From Basidiobolus meristosporus CBS 931.73 (taxonomy: Eukaryota; Fungi; Basidiobolomycota): a DNA stretch of 64,000 bases. Location of the stretch: assembly GCA_002104905.1 (NCBI GenBank), contig MCFE01000208.1, forward strand, positions 62,001 through 126,000. Direction: 5' to 3'. Under the pieces are notes generated by a model. That model had not been told where the DNA came from and made no database searches. It worked only from the letters and a program-made list of their open reading frames with translations. Shown here in pieces: positions 49,664-61,700 of this stretch; within the stretch, counting starts at the first letter, position 1, and each line of letters starts with the position of its first letter. The translations under genes and the position numbers were made by a program.

Positions 49664-52202
49664 ACTGTTATGAATAGACACAAGGCAGGAGGAAAAGCTA
49701 GGCATGGCAGGAAAGAACTTAGGTGTGGACCATCAAGGCAAGGCAGGATTCAAGGCAAGGCTGTTTATTCAAGACCTGTGTTTATCAGACTGAGGAATAC
49801 TTAAGGGGGGATAGGACTATATATACTTTTTGGCTATACTGATGCCGAGAGATATTAGCTAATACTAATGGGGTTGTGGGGTGAGGCACAGCAATGGTGC
49901 TGGGGATAATGACATAGATGACACGGCACTGAGACAGGATGGGGAAATGGATTGGGTCACCTGATCATGCGACTAAGTCATGTGACCTGGTATTTCCATA
50001 TATGGGACTGGACTATGAAAAATACAATGGAAAGCTTCCATGGAATGTTCCATTGTGTAACAATGGTTTGGAATGGTCAGGAACTTTCTGGAAGGTGGTA
50101 GAAGGTTCCAGAAGGAATCTCTTAGAAATTGAGCTAGGAAGCTGAAACTTTGCATGGGTGTTCATGGTTGTCATGTGATCATGACAATATCCAATTGGAC
50201 AAGATATAGCCTAAATTACTACATTAATGAGGGTACAAACTTAGCCTATGCCTATTCAGTCCATATTGATGAACCCTAGACTGTAAAAGAGGCCCTAAAT
50301 AGCCCTCATATGAAGTCTTGGATATCTGCAATGACTGATTAATATCATGTCCTGATGGAAAATCAAACTTAGGACTTAGTCAAATTACCAATCAACCACA
50401 AATCAATTGGATGCATATGGGTCTTGAAGACAAAATACAAGGCCAATAGTTCAATCAAAAGATACCAAGCAAGACTTGTGGCCAAAAGAAACTCTCAAAC
50501 AAAAGGACTTGACAATACTGGCATCTTTGCACCAGTAGCCAAGTCTAACTCCATCAGATTAGTATAGGCTATTGAAGCCAAATATAAATTTTTTATTCAT
50601 CAGCTGGATGTAAAAGCTGCACTTTGAATGGAGATCTTGATGAGGATGTGTATATAGACCAGCCAGATAGGTTTGTTGATCAAGATAACCCCCATTTGGC
50701 CTGCAAGCTAAAAAAGTCACTATATGGTCTCAAACAATTACCAAGAGCCTGGAATTGCAAGATAGATTCTTATTTGGACTCTTTGAGTTTCAAAAGGAGT
50801 AATGCTGACTATAGTATACACTATGAGCTAGATAGAGCAAATCCAGTTCTATTAGCTCTATATGTGGATGATCTTATTATAGCCACCAATAACCTAGAAG
50901 CATTGGAAGAGAATAAATCCAGCATTTCCAAGGAGTTCAAGATGTCCAATCTTGGAGAGCTCAGTTACTACTTAGTGATTAGGTTCTCTATAGACAGAAG
51001 TACCCAGACTATCACCCTAAGCCAATCCAAGTATATTCAAGATATACTAAAGAAGTACCAAATGGAAGACTGTAAACTGGCAGCTGCCCCAATGGAAACA
51101 AACCTTAACTTGATCAAAACTCAACCAAATCAAGAGGGCTTGGTGCCATCTGAAAGTCCTGACTTTCCTTATCAATCTATGGTTGGTAGTCAGATGTATA
51201 TCATGCTTGAAAAACACGTCCACATATCTCATATTCAGTGGGAGTTGTCAGCCAACATAATCAGAACTATGGATCTGATCATATTGCAGTAGTTAAGCAG
51301 ATTTTTAGATACCTGAAAGGAACTGCTGATATCTGCTTAAGATACCCTTATAAGCATTCAGAACAGGATCTTTTGGGATACTCTGATGCTGATTGGGGTT
51401 GAAATTTGGAAGACAGAAGATCCACCACAGGATACACCTTTCTTTACTGTCAGGGAGCAATTTCATGGAATTCAAGAAAGCAACCAACTGTAGCACTCTC
51501 TACTACAGAAGCAGAGTACATGGCAGCCTGTGAAGCTACAAAAGAGGCAATGCGGTCAAGAAAGCTTCTTACAGATTTAGGCCTATGTCAAAAAATGCCT
51601 ATTACTTTATTTCAAGATAATCAAGGATGAATACAATTAGGTAGAAATCCAACTTTTCATGCTAGAGCCAGCACATAGCTAGTAGACATCATTTCATACG
51701 TGAAGCTATAGAGAATAGCTTAGTTAGCTTAGTTTACTGTCCTACATATAAAATGATTGCAGACATATTTACCAAACCATTAGCTAGAGACAAGTTTGAA
51801 TATCTTAGTTCAAAATTAGGACTAGTCAGTTTGAACATTTAGCTGAGTAAGAGTGTTGTAAAAGTTTGCATTTCTACCTAAATACTCACCTGACTTAGTC
51901 ACTTAGATCATTATCTTCCAATCCTAGAGAATACTGACCAAATTCCTTGTCAGGATTTACTTAAAATATTTTCACCAAAATGCCAGGTACCCAGAACATG
52001 AAAATTACATAAGTTGTCCAAACAGCCCCAGACTTTGCACACATGTTCTTGGGACCTTCTTTAGCCTATTCTTTGTGCTTGTTATGCCAAGACCATGTAA
52101 AAGTATAAATACTGCTTTTACATTTAATAAATCATTAAGTGAAACCACAAAATCTACTTGTTCTCCCAAATCACTTCCTATATCTAAAAGACTCTTATAA
52201 CA

Positions 52203-53458
52203 AAAATCACCGCAGAAGACCATTGCAATGGTATCAGCTTGGAATTAATGACCATCTACACAATCTTATGAGAGGATCCCAACAATGATTGGCTAAGTTT
52301 ACCTCCAAATAAAGTTAAAAAACATAAAGGTGTTCAAACAGTGTTTTGCCAAGGGTGGCATGGCATGGTTGTGGTCTTAGTGCACTCAACAACTATTTGA
52401 GTGGATCCCACCCACCAATACATCCAATTGCCTTAGTAGATGTATCAGAAAAGCATTTATCAATGAGAAATTGTTATTTAACTCAAGAAGCACTCAGCCA
52501 TAGTAGCAGTGAAAGACTTGGCAGTCATAAAGGAGAAGATAAAGGAAAAAAAGTCTACCCAAGCCAGAGAAAGGGAAGTGTAAGAAAAAAGCTGCAGTTT
52601 TTGCCAATTAATGCCATAAGCCCAGAAAAGACTGGATCCCATCAGAGCCAAGAAGAATTACCAACAAGAAAACAACTGTTTTCACAAGAGTTGGAAGTGC
52701 AGCCAGTTGAGCTATACTCCAGTGAGGTAGATGAGTTTACAGAGAAAGACAATTTGTCTACAACAGCCTCCACATTCTTTGTTGTTGACAGAGTGGCAAT
52801 CCCACCTACAGACAAAGTAACAATGTCAAGAACTCAAAAGGTTATCACAATGCCTTCAGTGGAATTTTGGGGCATTAATAGGAGCACCAAGAGGTTGCAG
52901 CACTTCTTCAAGAGCAGTGGTCAGGAATACGCACTTGAATATTACAAGGACATATTGCAAAGACTGGCAGATGAGGTGCTAGACCTTGCAGTGCTGGCTG
53001 AAAACCTGGACATATGGAAACAGTGAATGAATAGTGGAATAAAGCTATTGGGTTCCCACCAAAGTCATGGAAACACAGCATTACAGCAGAAATACCTATT
53101 GAGTAGTAGATTTTGAAAGAGTCACTTGTTGAGTGTGGGGTTGAGCTTAATGTTAGTGTAGGTATAAGGACTTGTATAGGTCAATACAATTGGCAATTGC
53201 GGCACAACTGAAGTTTGATTTGAGGTACAAATGAACCTTCAATGGAAATAAATCAATTGGTTTGTATGAAAAGTAAGAGAAATAGCTCAGTCAGCAAATA
53301 AGGAGTGTGAAATACTGGTAATTGTCAATCAATGTACATAAATGTAGGAGGTGATTGGGCCTCTAGAATCAGAAAGTTAGAGAATTGGCCAAGAACCAAT
53401 TAAAAGCCACACATGTATTGTTGTGTTCACAGCATCATCACAATTATTTTTCATAGGA
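52203..53458 (-). mobile_element. Truncated CMC element left end (reverse orientation) with an ORF Y fragment on +
   Basis: Ends ...TTTTTCATAGGA, the reverse complement of CCCTATGAAAAA with one transition; ORF 52346-53026 is homologous to 2412-3231. Confidence 0.75.
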
Positions 53459-54960
53459 TGTAGGGCATCAGTGCTTGTAATAACAGAGCAGCTTAACAAG
53501 GGATATCCTTAAGTAGATTGGGTGATGGTGCACAGTTCCTGGTATAGATCTACTCTAACATGTAACAGGACAAATATTGAAACCAAGAATGAGCTGACAT
53601 TGATGGGATTGGATTAGGAGGCTGCCTATGAGAAATTCCATGTGCAATTTGCACAGTATGGAGTAGTCATGTCCATTTTTGCTAGGACTTTGGAAATCAA
53701 GGAGATCTCAAACAAGCTTTTGCCTCAAATGACTACTGTACTACATAAAATGTTAGCAGAGCTAAGTGGCTTCCATGATCAGTATATCTAAGTCTCATCA
53801 AGGCAAGAGTTGCAAAGTATCAGACAAAAGATAAGTGAGTACCTGCAAGAATCAGAAGGTGCACTTCAAGAGGAAGAATACAGACTGCAGGTTGTTGCAT
53901 CTTGATTGTGCCAGCATGCTTCACAGGAGTCTTTACCAAGCATTGCAATACCAGCTTACCAGTGCACATCAGCCCATTCAGTGCCAACCTCTTTCACAAA
54001 AGTGCTGCACACCAAATCATTGAGTGCAGTTCATAGTAAAGCTACCAAAACTTGCCAAATGGCTCATTTGAACACAAGCCCCCTAGAGTGGGCCAAGCTG
54101 TGTTAATACACTGTGTCTCTTGGGATTCAGCCCAGGGCCATGCCCATATGCCATGTTGCCTTTGTGTATTCCACTACATCTAACCTTCAGCAAATTACTT
54201 CTAATGAACTGAGAGATAATGACCCACTGGAAGTACCCCAACCACAGGAGTGTTTGACAAATAAAAAAACATATCAGCACAAGGCACTTAAGTCTGGTTC
54301 TGTAATAGCATCTGGTGCAATCCAGCACAGCCAAGCTACAGCACTGCACTCTTCACTATGATGCAAAACACTGACCAAGAGTACATATGTATTCAAGATG
54401 ATAGTCAATAAGGAAGTAGCTTAGGTGTGCAAAGTGAATCACTACCAATTTCTTAGGTAATAATCCCTGTGAGAAAAGAAACTAGAAGAAGATGACACAA
54501 TTGTGTTTAATTGCAATGATATGTCATAATACAAACAACACAAATCTTATGTTAGTAATCTAAATTTAACCATTACAAATTAATGGCCACATAGTTTTTG
54601 ATATAAGTAACATGAAGGTTGTCTCACACTTGAGACAGAACCCCTACAAACTAATACCCTGCATATGTGTTCATCATATGTAACACCAGTGCAGCTATTT
54701 GATCAGTTGTGAAGCTACCTGATCAGTTGTGTGCCAGCTATATGATATGACACCTTGTCAATATTCATGTGAGTTTAAGACAATCTTGTATTTAAAATAT
54801 TGCACCAACATGAATGTTAGATTTAATGATGACCCACCATAGTAGGCATCATATACAAAGCTGTGGCACCACATACACCTGTATATATAAGATCATTTCC
54901 CCTTTTGCTTGACTCACCCCCATACATTTTTCACCAAAAAATAAAGCAAAGTTTGACATT
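53459..54960. mobile_element. Harbinger-like remnant with ORF X, followed by a fragment of the CMC intergenic region
   Basis: 53459-53510 matches the reverse complement of 13390-13440; 54400-54760 matches reverse 11400-11800; 54760-54960 matches reverse 4449-4650. Confidence 0.55.
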
Positions 54961-54962
54961 TA

Positions 54963-56330
54963 AAGGGTCTTGAGTACCTCCTTTGGTGGCTATCATTGCT
55001 TATTAAAGCATTTTCCTCTTGCTCCTTATTGGTAGTTGATTCTCTTGATTCCTTGTCATGAGCCTTTCATATATATGATTTGATGCCAAATCTTTAGTTC
55101 TGGACCCAAGTGCGGATACAATCCCTGAAACCTGTCTCTCAGACTATTAAGGAGGGTTGCAGTCATACATGCATCAGTGGTTTATATGCCTAGAGACTCC
55201 ATCTCATCTACCGGCAGGGTAATTTTGTAAATTACATTTTCATTTCTTCTCCTGGAAGCTTCTTTGCAGTAAAGAATCTTTGTCTAAGATACACTTTCTT
55301 AACAGCTGAACATGACTGGTAGGTGCTCCTTAATGGCTTCCAAGCATTCTTTGCTGTTTTTGCTCTTAAGCTTTGAATTAGTAACTTGTCTTTAATACTA
55401 CGGCAAATGCAATTAAAGGCACTTTGTCCTTTATACTGGTACTTTAAGGCTACTTCTCATACACCTTTAGGTGAGCATTCTTCTCCCATACCAGAATCCC
55501 AAAGGTCTCTTTCTTGTAGAGGCATCTTCATCTTCACCTTCCAGACTTGGTAGTTAGATCCATCCAACTATTCAGCAGAGGGAATAGTTCCAGTAATAGC
55601 AGTGGTAGATGTTGCAGAGAGTGACAGCCTGGGGCCCATAACCAATTGCAAGAGTCTTAGAGATATTGGAAGTGATTGGGAGAACAAGTAGATTACATGG
55701 TTTTTGTTATAAGAGTCTTGGAGATATCAGAAGTGATTTGGGAGGACAAGTAGATTATGTGGTTTTTACTTAATGATTTATTGAATGTAAAAGTAGTGTT
55801 TATACTTTTACATGATCTTGGCATAGCAAACACGTGGAATAGGTTAAGGAAGGTCCCAAGAACATGTGTGCAAAGTTTGGGGCTGTTTGGACAACTTAGA
55901 ACATTTACCCAGAACATGAAAATTCTCAAAGTAAATCCCAACAAGAAATTTGGTCAGTATTCCCTAGGATTTGAAGGCAATGATCTAAGTGAGTAAGTTA
56001 GGTGAATATTTAGGTAGAATTACAAATTTTTACAACAGTTTTCACTTAATGATTTATTGAATGTAAAAGTGGTATTAGTACTTTTACATGGTCATGGCAG
56101 AATAAGCACGTATAGTATGCTTAGGAAGGTCTCAAGAACATGTGTGCAAAGTTTGGGGCTGGTTGGACAACTTATCTAATTTTCATGTTTTGGGTACCTG
56201 ATGTTTTGGTGAAAATATTCCAAGTAAATCCCGACAAGGAATTTGGACAGAATTCTCTAAGATTTGTAGGTAATGATCAGAGTGACCAAGTTAGGTGAAT
56301 ATTTAGGTGGAATTACGAATTTTTGCAACA
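54963..56330 (-). mobile_element. Copia-A copy 4: gag fragment, PBS and 5' LTR (55644-55704 + 56038-56330) containing a nested solo LTR
   Basis: Reverse PBS GGGCCCATAACC 55632-55643; gag homologous to 42530-43210; outer terminus ...TTGCAACA at 56330. Confidence 0.85.
55705..56037 (-). repeat. Copia-A solo LTR nested in a Copia-A LTR
   Basis: TGTT...AACA termini; perfect 5-bp TSD GTTTT (55700-55704 / 56038-56042). Confidence 0.88.
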
Positions 56331-57884
56331 GATAGTACCATAGAGTGCCAGATCAATCCGGCGCTATAAACTGGCTGGCACTATGTTCACAAATTCCTGG
56401 GAGCTATTACAGTTTTTACACTCATTTGAATGATCCCAAACTCTGCACACCACTTCCTGGGACATTTTTCGGAGCAATTGTATAATCACTGAAACAGAAT
56501 TCTTATAGAAAGACGTATGCTTAGGTTGAGCACAACAAAACAAACGAACACTATGCAGCTCTTCTAGTTCTTCAAATCACTTCCAATACTCGCTAAATTC
56601 TTGCAACACATAGCAACCAGTAGTCAACTCAATTATGGATAACTGGGTCATTTCTACTAAACCTAGCCATAATTCCGATACATTGATATTTACCTCAGGC
56701 CAATGCTGATTATATTCGATGATACTTCTGCCGTTTGTTTGAAGACTCTTAGGGCGTACTTTTTTCACTGGTGACAAGTCGCGAGGTATGTTTGGCTGGC
56801 GCATTTTCATTGAAAATTTCGCGAATCTTTGGGCCTCACCCTTGGTAAACCTGTTTGAAATCGATCGAGCTTAAAAATGACCAAGCCGTTAGATATTTTG
56901 AAGTGCCATTTTGGGTTGGAAAGTTGGGGCGTGTGATAGTGCGTATCGAGTAACAATGGCATCGCACTTTGTAAACTGGCAAGGTGCAGGTGTAAGGAGG
57001 ATTGTGGCAAGGTGTGGTAGAATAGGGAGTAAGTGTTGGGATATGATCAAGGAATCAACATCAAATGAGAGCAAATCTGGCCGTTTGCTGGGTTTGTACA
57101 GCAAATACAAACCAACACGTTGCTAAAGGTACGATCCATTATCTGGGCAGCTATAGTATCATATGATGGACCCAAGATATCTGTGGTTGTTCCACAACTG
57201 CTAAGTGGAAATGCCAATGGTGAATAAAATTCAATAGTCCGAACGAATTGAAATGGCTGATGGCTGATTTGTAATGGGTGCACAGAACAATGACTTCATC
57301 GGTGCTGATTGTTGGTCCACTAGTGGCTACACGGAAACTTACGTAAAGAACGCAGGTGCAAAGGCTTATTTGCTAAGTTGAGTTATCTGATCCGAGTGGA
57401 ATGAATCATTGGTGTGTCAGTGAAAATATGTCGACTGAAATACTGATCCTTTATGATCTAGGAGATTAAGTAAATTCCCAACTCAACACTGTTTCATACC
57501 TGAATCGATGATCTGTGAGAATATGGCTACCAGATAAAGCCCCAAACTTGTAAGAATCTGGTCAGGTAAAAACTTAATATGGCAAAATCAGTCATCATAT
57601 GTTTGCGGAATTATGGAGGTGGATTAGTCAACAACCGCGACATTTTCAATCTATTCTTATTGCTTGATATGGTGTATTTGTTTATTCGTGAGTGATTCAA
57701 TCGGATATATCAAATGACGGCCGAATATATTGTGGGCTGCTGATTCGCAGTGATTCATGTACTCACCAGATGAATGTACACAAGATGGTGTACGAATATT
57801 AAGGAATACCATGCAAAACAGGTTTTTCGATATATATACCTTTTTAATACTGTTGATTTGGTCGTATAACCTCTTTCTGCACAC

Positions 57885-57886
<2 letters not shown>

Positions 57887-57944
<58 letters not shown>
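57887..57944. repeat. (AT)29 microsatellite
   Basis: 58 bp of perfect AT repeat. Confidence 0.98.
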
Positions 57945-57947
<3 letters not shown>

Positions 57948-58629
57948 AAACGATGGAACACGGTAATTTACCAAAAGGTTTCGGTCCCCCATCGGGTACC
58001 CAAGGCTTTCACAAAAGCCTCTGAATGTAACAGAGCACCAATAGAGTTATGGGCCGACTTGGAAGGGTGCACATAGGATTTTTAAAGCTAATGATATCCA
58101 GCATGGCAGAGGCGGCTGAGCTACCTTGGAGTGACCAAAATACTCCGAAACATGTTTGATCAAGGCAGCCATCCCTTTACTAAGCAGTCAAACAAGCTTC
58201 CTTATTTTTTCGATAGCCTGCTATATCACAGAGCATAGAATCATGGTCCAGCAATCTTTTCAACCTTGGTGATTGGGTGGGCGGTGTATTGTTGGACCCG
58301 AAAAGCCTCCTGGGCTACCCTTTCCCGTTTGGCCTGCACAAATGGATTTTCACCATCAATACGAACATCATGAATATTTTGTAGATGGGTGCGTGGGAAT
58401 GCAACACCGAGTTAGATTCCCAGATCGATGATCATGAGTTAGATTTTCACAGTACATAAAGATCAAAATGTGGCATTGTTTCGAGAACTTCATCAGTTAT
58501 GTACAATCATGACCCCTATATAGATATATATCTCAAGAGATTCCGCAATACCTTCTTTCAAGTTTCATACGGTATGATTGGCCGAGACTAAATTTAAGTA
58601 ACTTTATATTCAATTAGGTTCTGTTTCGG

Positions 58630-58640
58630 ATATATAAATC
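58630..58640 (+). promoter_or_regulatory. Candidate TATA box of the ABCC gene
   Basis: TATATAAA ~70 nt upstream of ATG 58708, followed by a pyrimidine-rich tract; position only. Confidence 0.35.
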
Positions 58641-58707
58641 TTCCACCCCCTCTCGGATTTTTCATCCCTACATTCATTTTTACTCTTGTAACAGTTGAAG
58701 ATACTTG

Positions 58708-61700
58708 ATGACTTCAACCGATCAGCTTCCAAAGCATCGAACCAAGAGACCACCACCCCTAGTGGACACGTCTAGTTTCCTCTCATTCTTCACATTTCAA
58801 TTCATCCAGCCCCTCATCCTTTTCGGCCGTAAAAATGAAATTTCCGAGGACCACTTGCATGAACTGGGAAAACGCGAAGAGGTTGGCCAGCTTACTGAGC
58901 GTCTTGCCTTTGAGTGGGATGCTGAGTCAAAGAAGGCGAACCCCAGTTTCTGGAAGGTCGCCTGTAAGGTCTTCGGCCCTTACTACAGCCTCACTCTCCT
59001 TACAAGCACAATCGAAGCCGCAGCTCAGATCGGGGAAGCTGTTGTACTTGGGTACGTTTTTATTCCATTTTCACTACCATCCTTTGTTGCTTGTCAAGAA
59101 GAACTGATGCCGACCAATTATTAGATAAGCTGGTTCGATCTATTCGAATCAATGATTATCCGCTCAAGCTTGTGAGATCAAAGTATTGAGTAAAATGTTG
59201 AATCAATTGGCTTTGATTTGATGTTGCAGTGGTTTTTGCTGATGATTCAGCCAGGCAAATGGCCCTGATCAATGATCAAGCTAAATGAGCATCCAGTTGG
59301 TTGGCTCAACAGTGACAACACTCCCCTGCGCAAAAGTGAATGTTACTAATCAATATTCGATGAGCTAGGTATATTATACGGTTTTTCCAGAACCCGGATA
59401 CACCGAGCAAGGATGGTTATCTTTACGCGTTCGCTCTAGCCATGTGTACGTTTGTCCATGCGGTGATTCACCATCACTACTTCTTTCCTGCCTTAAGAAC
59501 TGGCCTCCACATGAGGATGAGTCTTATTGCGTTGATGTATCGCAAGTGCATGTCGCTATCAATGTCCTCGTCTATTTCAACCGGTGCAATTATAAATCTG
59601 ATCTCGAATGATGTGCAGCCTTTCGAGAATGCTTCGTGCTTTGCTACATGGGCCATCATTGGTCCTATACAGGCTGTAGTCATCATCGTTCTGCTCTATC
59701 GTGAGATTGGCGTTTCCGTGTTCGCTGGGTTGTGCGCGTTCGTCTTCCTTTTGCCGCTGCAGACGTATTTTGCAAAGCGGTTCTCTCGCATGCGTGAGGA
59801 AACCGTGATGTACCGCGACGAGCGTATTAGATCTCTCTCCGACGTTCTCTCAGGAATCGATTTAGTCAAACTCTCATCATGGGAGGATCCGCTTTCCGAG
59901 CGCATCAGTGAGCTCAGAGAAAAGGAGCTGAAGTATATTGGCAAAGCCAACAACATGCGTGCATTCAATATGGCCAGCTACTTCTTCTTTCAAAGCGTTA
60001 TCTCTCTATTTACCTTTGTGACATACTGGGCCACTGGGAACCCACTTCGACCTGACAAAGTGTTCGTTTCGCTTACCCTGTTTAACGTTATCCGTCTGAC
60101 AATGACGAGCTTTTTCCCTCAGGCTTTGGCTACTTCTGCCGAAGCTCACGTTTCGGCCAAACGAATCAAGGAATTTTTGTTACTGCCCGAATTGAAGCCT
60201 CTCGAGCCTATTCAAGAGGCACTAAACAAGATTAGCAAGGAGATATCGTCAACCTCGGTAGACAAAATAGATCTAGAGAAGAATAACGAGAAGGCGAATT
60301 TGGAGAGTTTCGTCAGATCCGACTCGATTTTAGAGATGAATGATGCCGCATTCAATTGGGCCATCGGCAACAACCCGAGTGCAATCAATCCCAAGGAGTT
60401 TTCCGACATAATGGACGAAGATAAAGCGAAGGAGGCGGACCATTGTGTAGTCCAAAATTTGTCTTTCAAATTGGGACATAATGAGCTTCTTGCGGTTGTA
60501 GGGCCAGTAGGCTCAGGCAAGACTTCTTTGTGCATGGCAATTCTCAAGGAACTTCACCTTGATCGTGGCACTATGAATGTCAGTACGAAACTTGATGGTA
60601 AACCAATTCAAATTGCGTATGCTGCTCAGTCCCCGTGGCTATTCGCTGGCACGGTAAAAGAAAACATCCTCTTCGGCGCCAAGTTTGACCCTGCACGCTT
60701 CCGTAAAGTTGTTCAAGTTTGCCAGCTTGAAAGGGATTTTCTTATCCTTAGTAATGGGGAGGAGACACTAATTGGTGAAAGAGGTGTAACGCTATCTGGT
60801 GGCCAAAAGGCACGAGTGGCATTGGCTCGAGCTGTTTATCAGAAAGCCGATTTGTATATTCTGGATGATCCCTTGTCAGCAGTTGATCCACATGTTGGGT
60901 TCAAGATGTTTGATGAGTGTATACGTGGCTTTTTGAAAGATAAAGCCGTCATTCTTGCCACACATCAGTTACAATACGTCAAGGACTGTAACTCTGTGCT
61001 AGTCCTCGAATCAGGAATCCCAACATACTCCGGACCTTCTCGTGATATCCTCTCCGCCACTTCACCACAACCCGCTCAAGAGGCAACCACTGAGCAGCTC
61101 GTACGTAAAACATTCATAGACGTCCTTCGGGAATACTACCAATCTGATGGTACTAGTATTACCACTGAAGTTGCAGAAAACAATGAGGAGAATGATCATC
61201 TTTCGAAGAGAAGTTCGATCAGTAGTCTTGTCCAAGAAGGCGACACTGTTGTTGATGCACAAGCCAAGGAATATGACCCAAAGGCAAATCAACTTGTGGC
61301 CGAGGACCGTAACATGGGTGGCACAAGTCTCCGCACTTACGTTGAGTTCTTTAAAGTCGGATCCTCAAATTTCTATCTGTACCTTGTTATATTTTCTCTG
61401 TTTGTTGGTCAAGGATTTTCTGTGGCCGCCGACTTTTTCCTCTCCAAGTGGACTGGTTATGACGATCAGAAACAAGAAAAACAAGAGAATGCCGGAATTT
61501 TTGCAGCACTCGCTGTATTAACCGTCATTTTCGCAAGTGTCCGTGCCTTGCTGTTCTTCAAGGCTCTCCACAACTCCTCGAAAGGCATTTTCAAAGTGAT
61601 GCTGAATGCTGTGTTAAACACAGACATCAATTTCTTCCAAACACAGCCTCAAGGTCGTATCCTTAACCGTTTCTCTAAGGACCAGGCCAATTGTGATGAG

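Larger units (their letters stand above)
44846..50186 (-). mobile_element. Tf1/sushi-type chromovirus (Ty3/gypsy), RT core deleted; LTRs 44846-45374 and 49666-50186
   Basis: TG...CA LTRs; TSD ATATT / ATATC; PPT adjoining 45374; gag, protease, RNase H, integrase and chromodomain on the - strand. Confidence 0.95.
42189..52202 (+). mobile_element. Copia-A copy 3 (LTRs 42189-42524 and 51854-52202), interrupted by the chromovirus
   Basis: PBS GGTTATGGGCCCC at 42525; gag 42624-43523 (CNYCTRKGHTSDKC, WYIDSGSSQH); integrase to ~44650; RT/RNase H 50330-51845; the flanks (GATAA / AAAAT) do not form a TSD. Confidence 0.88.

Noticed and set aside
45127-50155. Duplicated 60-68 aa ORFs (45127/49939, 45161/49973)
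   Set aside because: Incidental ORFs within the two LTR copies.
1-56400. Classical Neurospora-type RIP as the cause of decay
   Set aside because: The visible signature is mainly CpG loss and CpA/TpG remain abundant; RIP indices were not computed, so RIP is not claimed.
56577-56870. RFTKGEAQRFAKFSMK, faintly like a SANT/Myb helix
   Set aside because: Too short, with no supporting upstream or downstream exon identified.
57657-57992. ORFs with IYIYIY runs
   Set aside because: Artefacts of the (AT)29 microsatellite.
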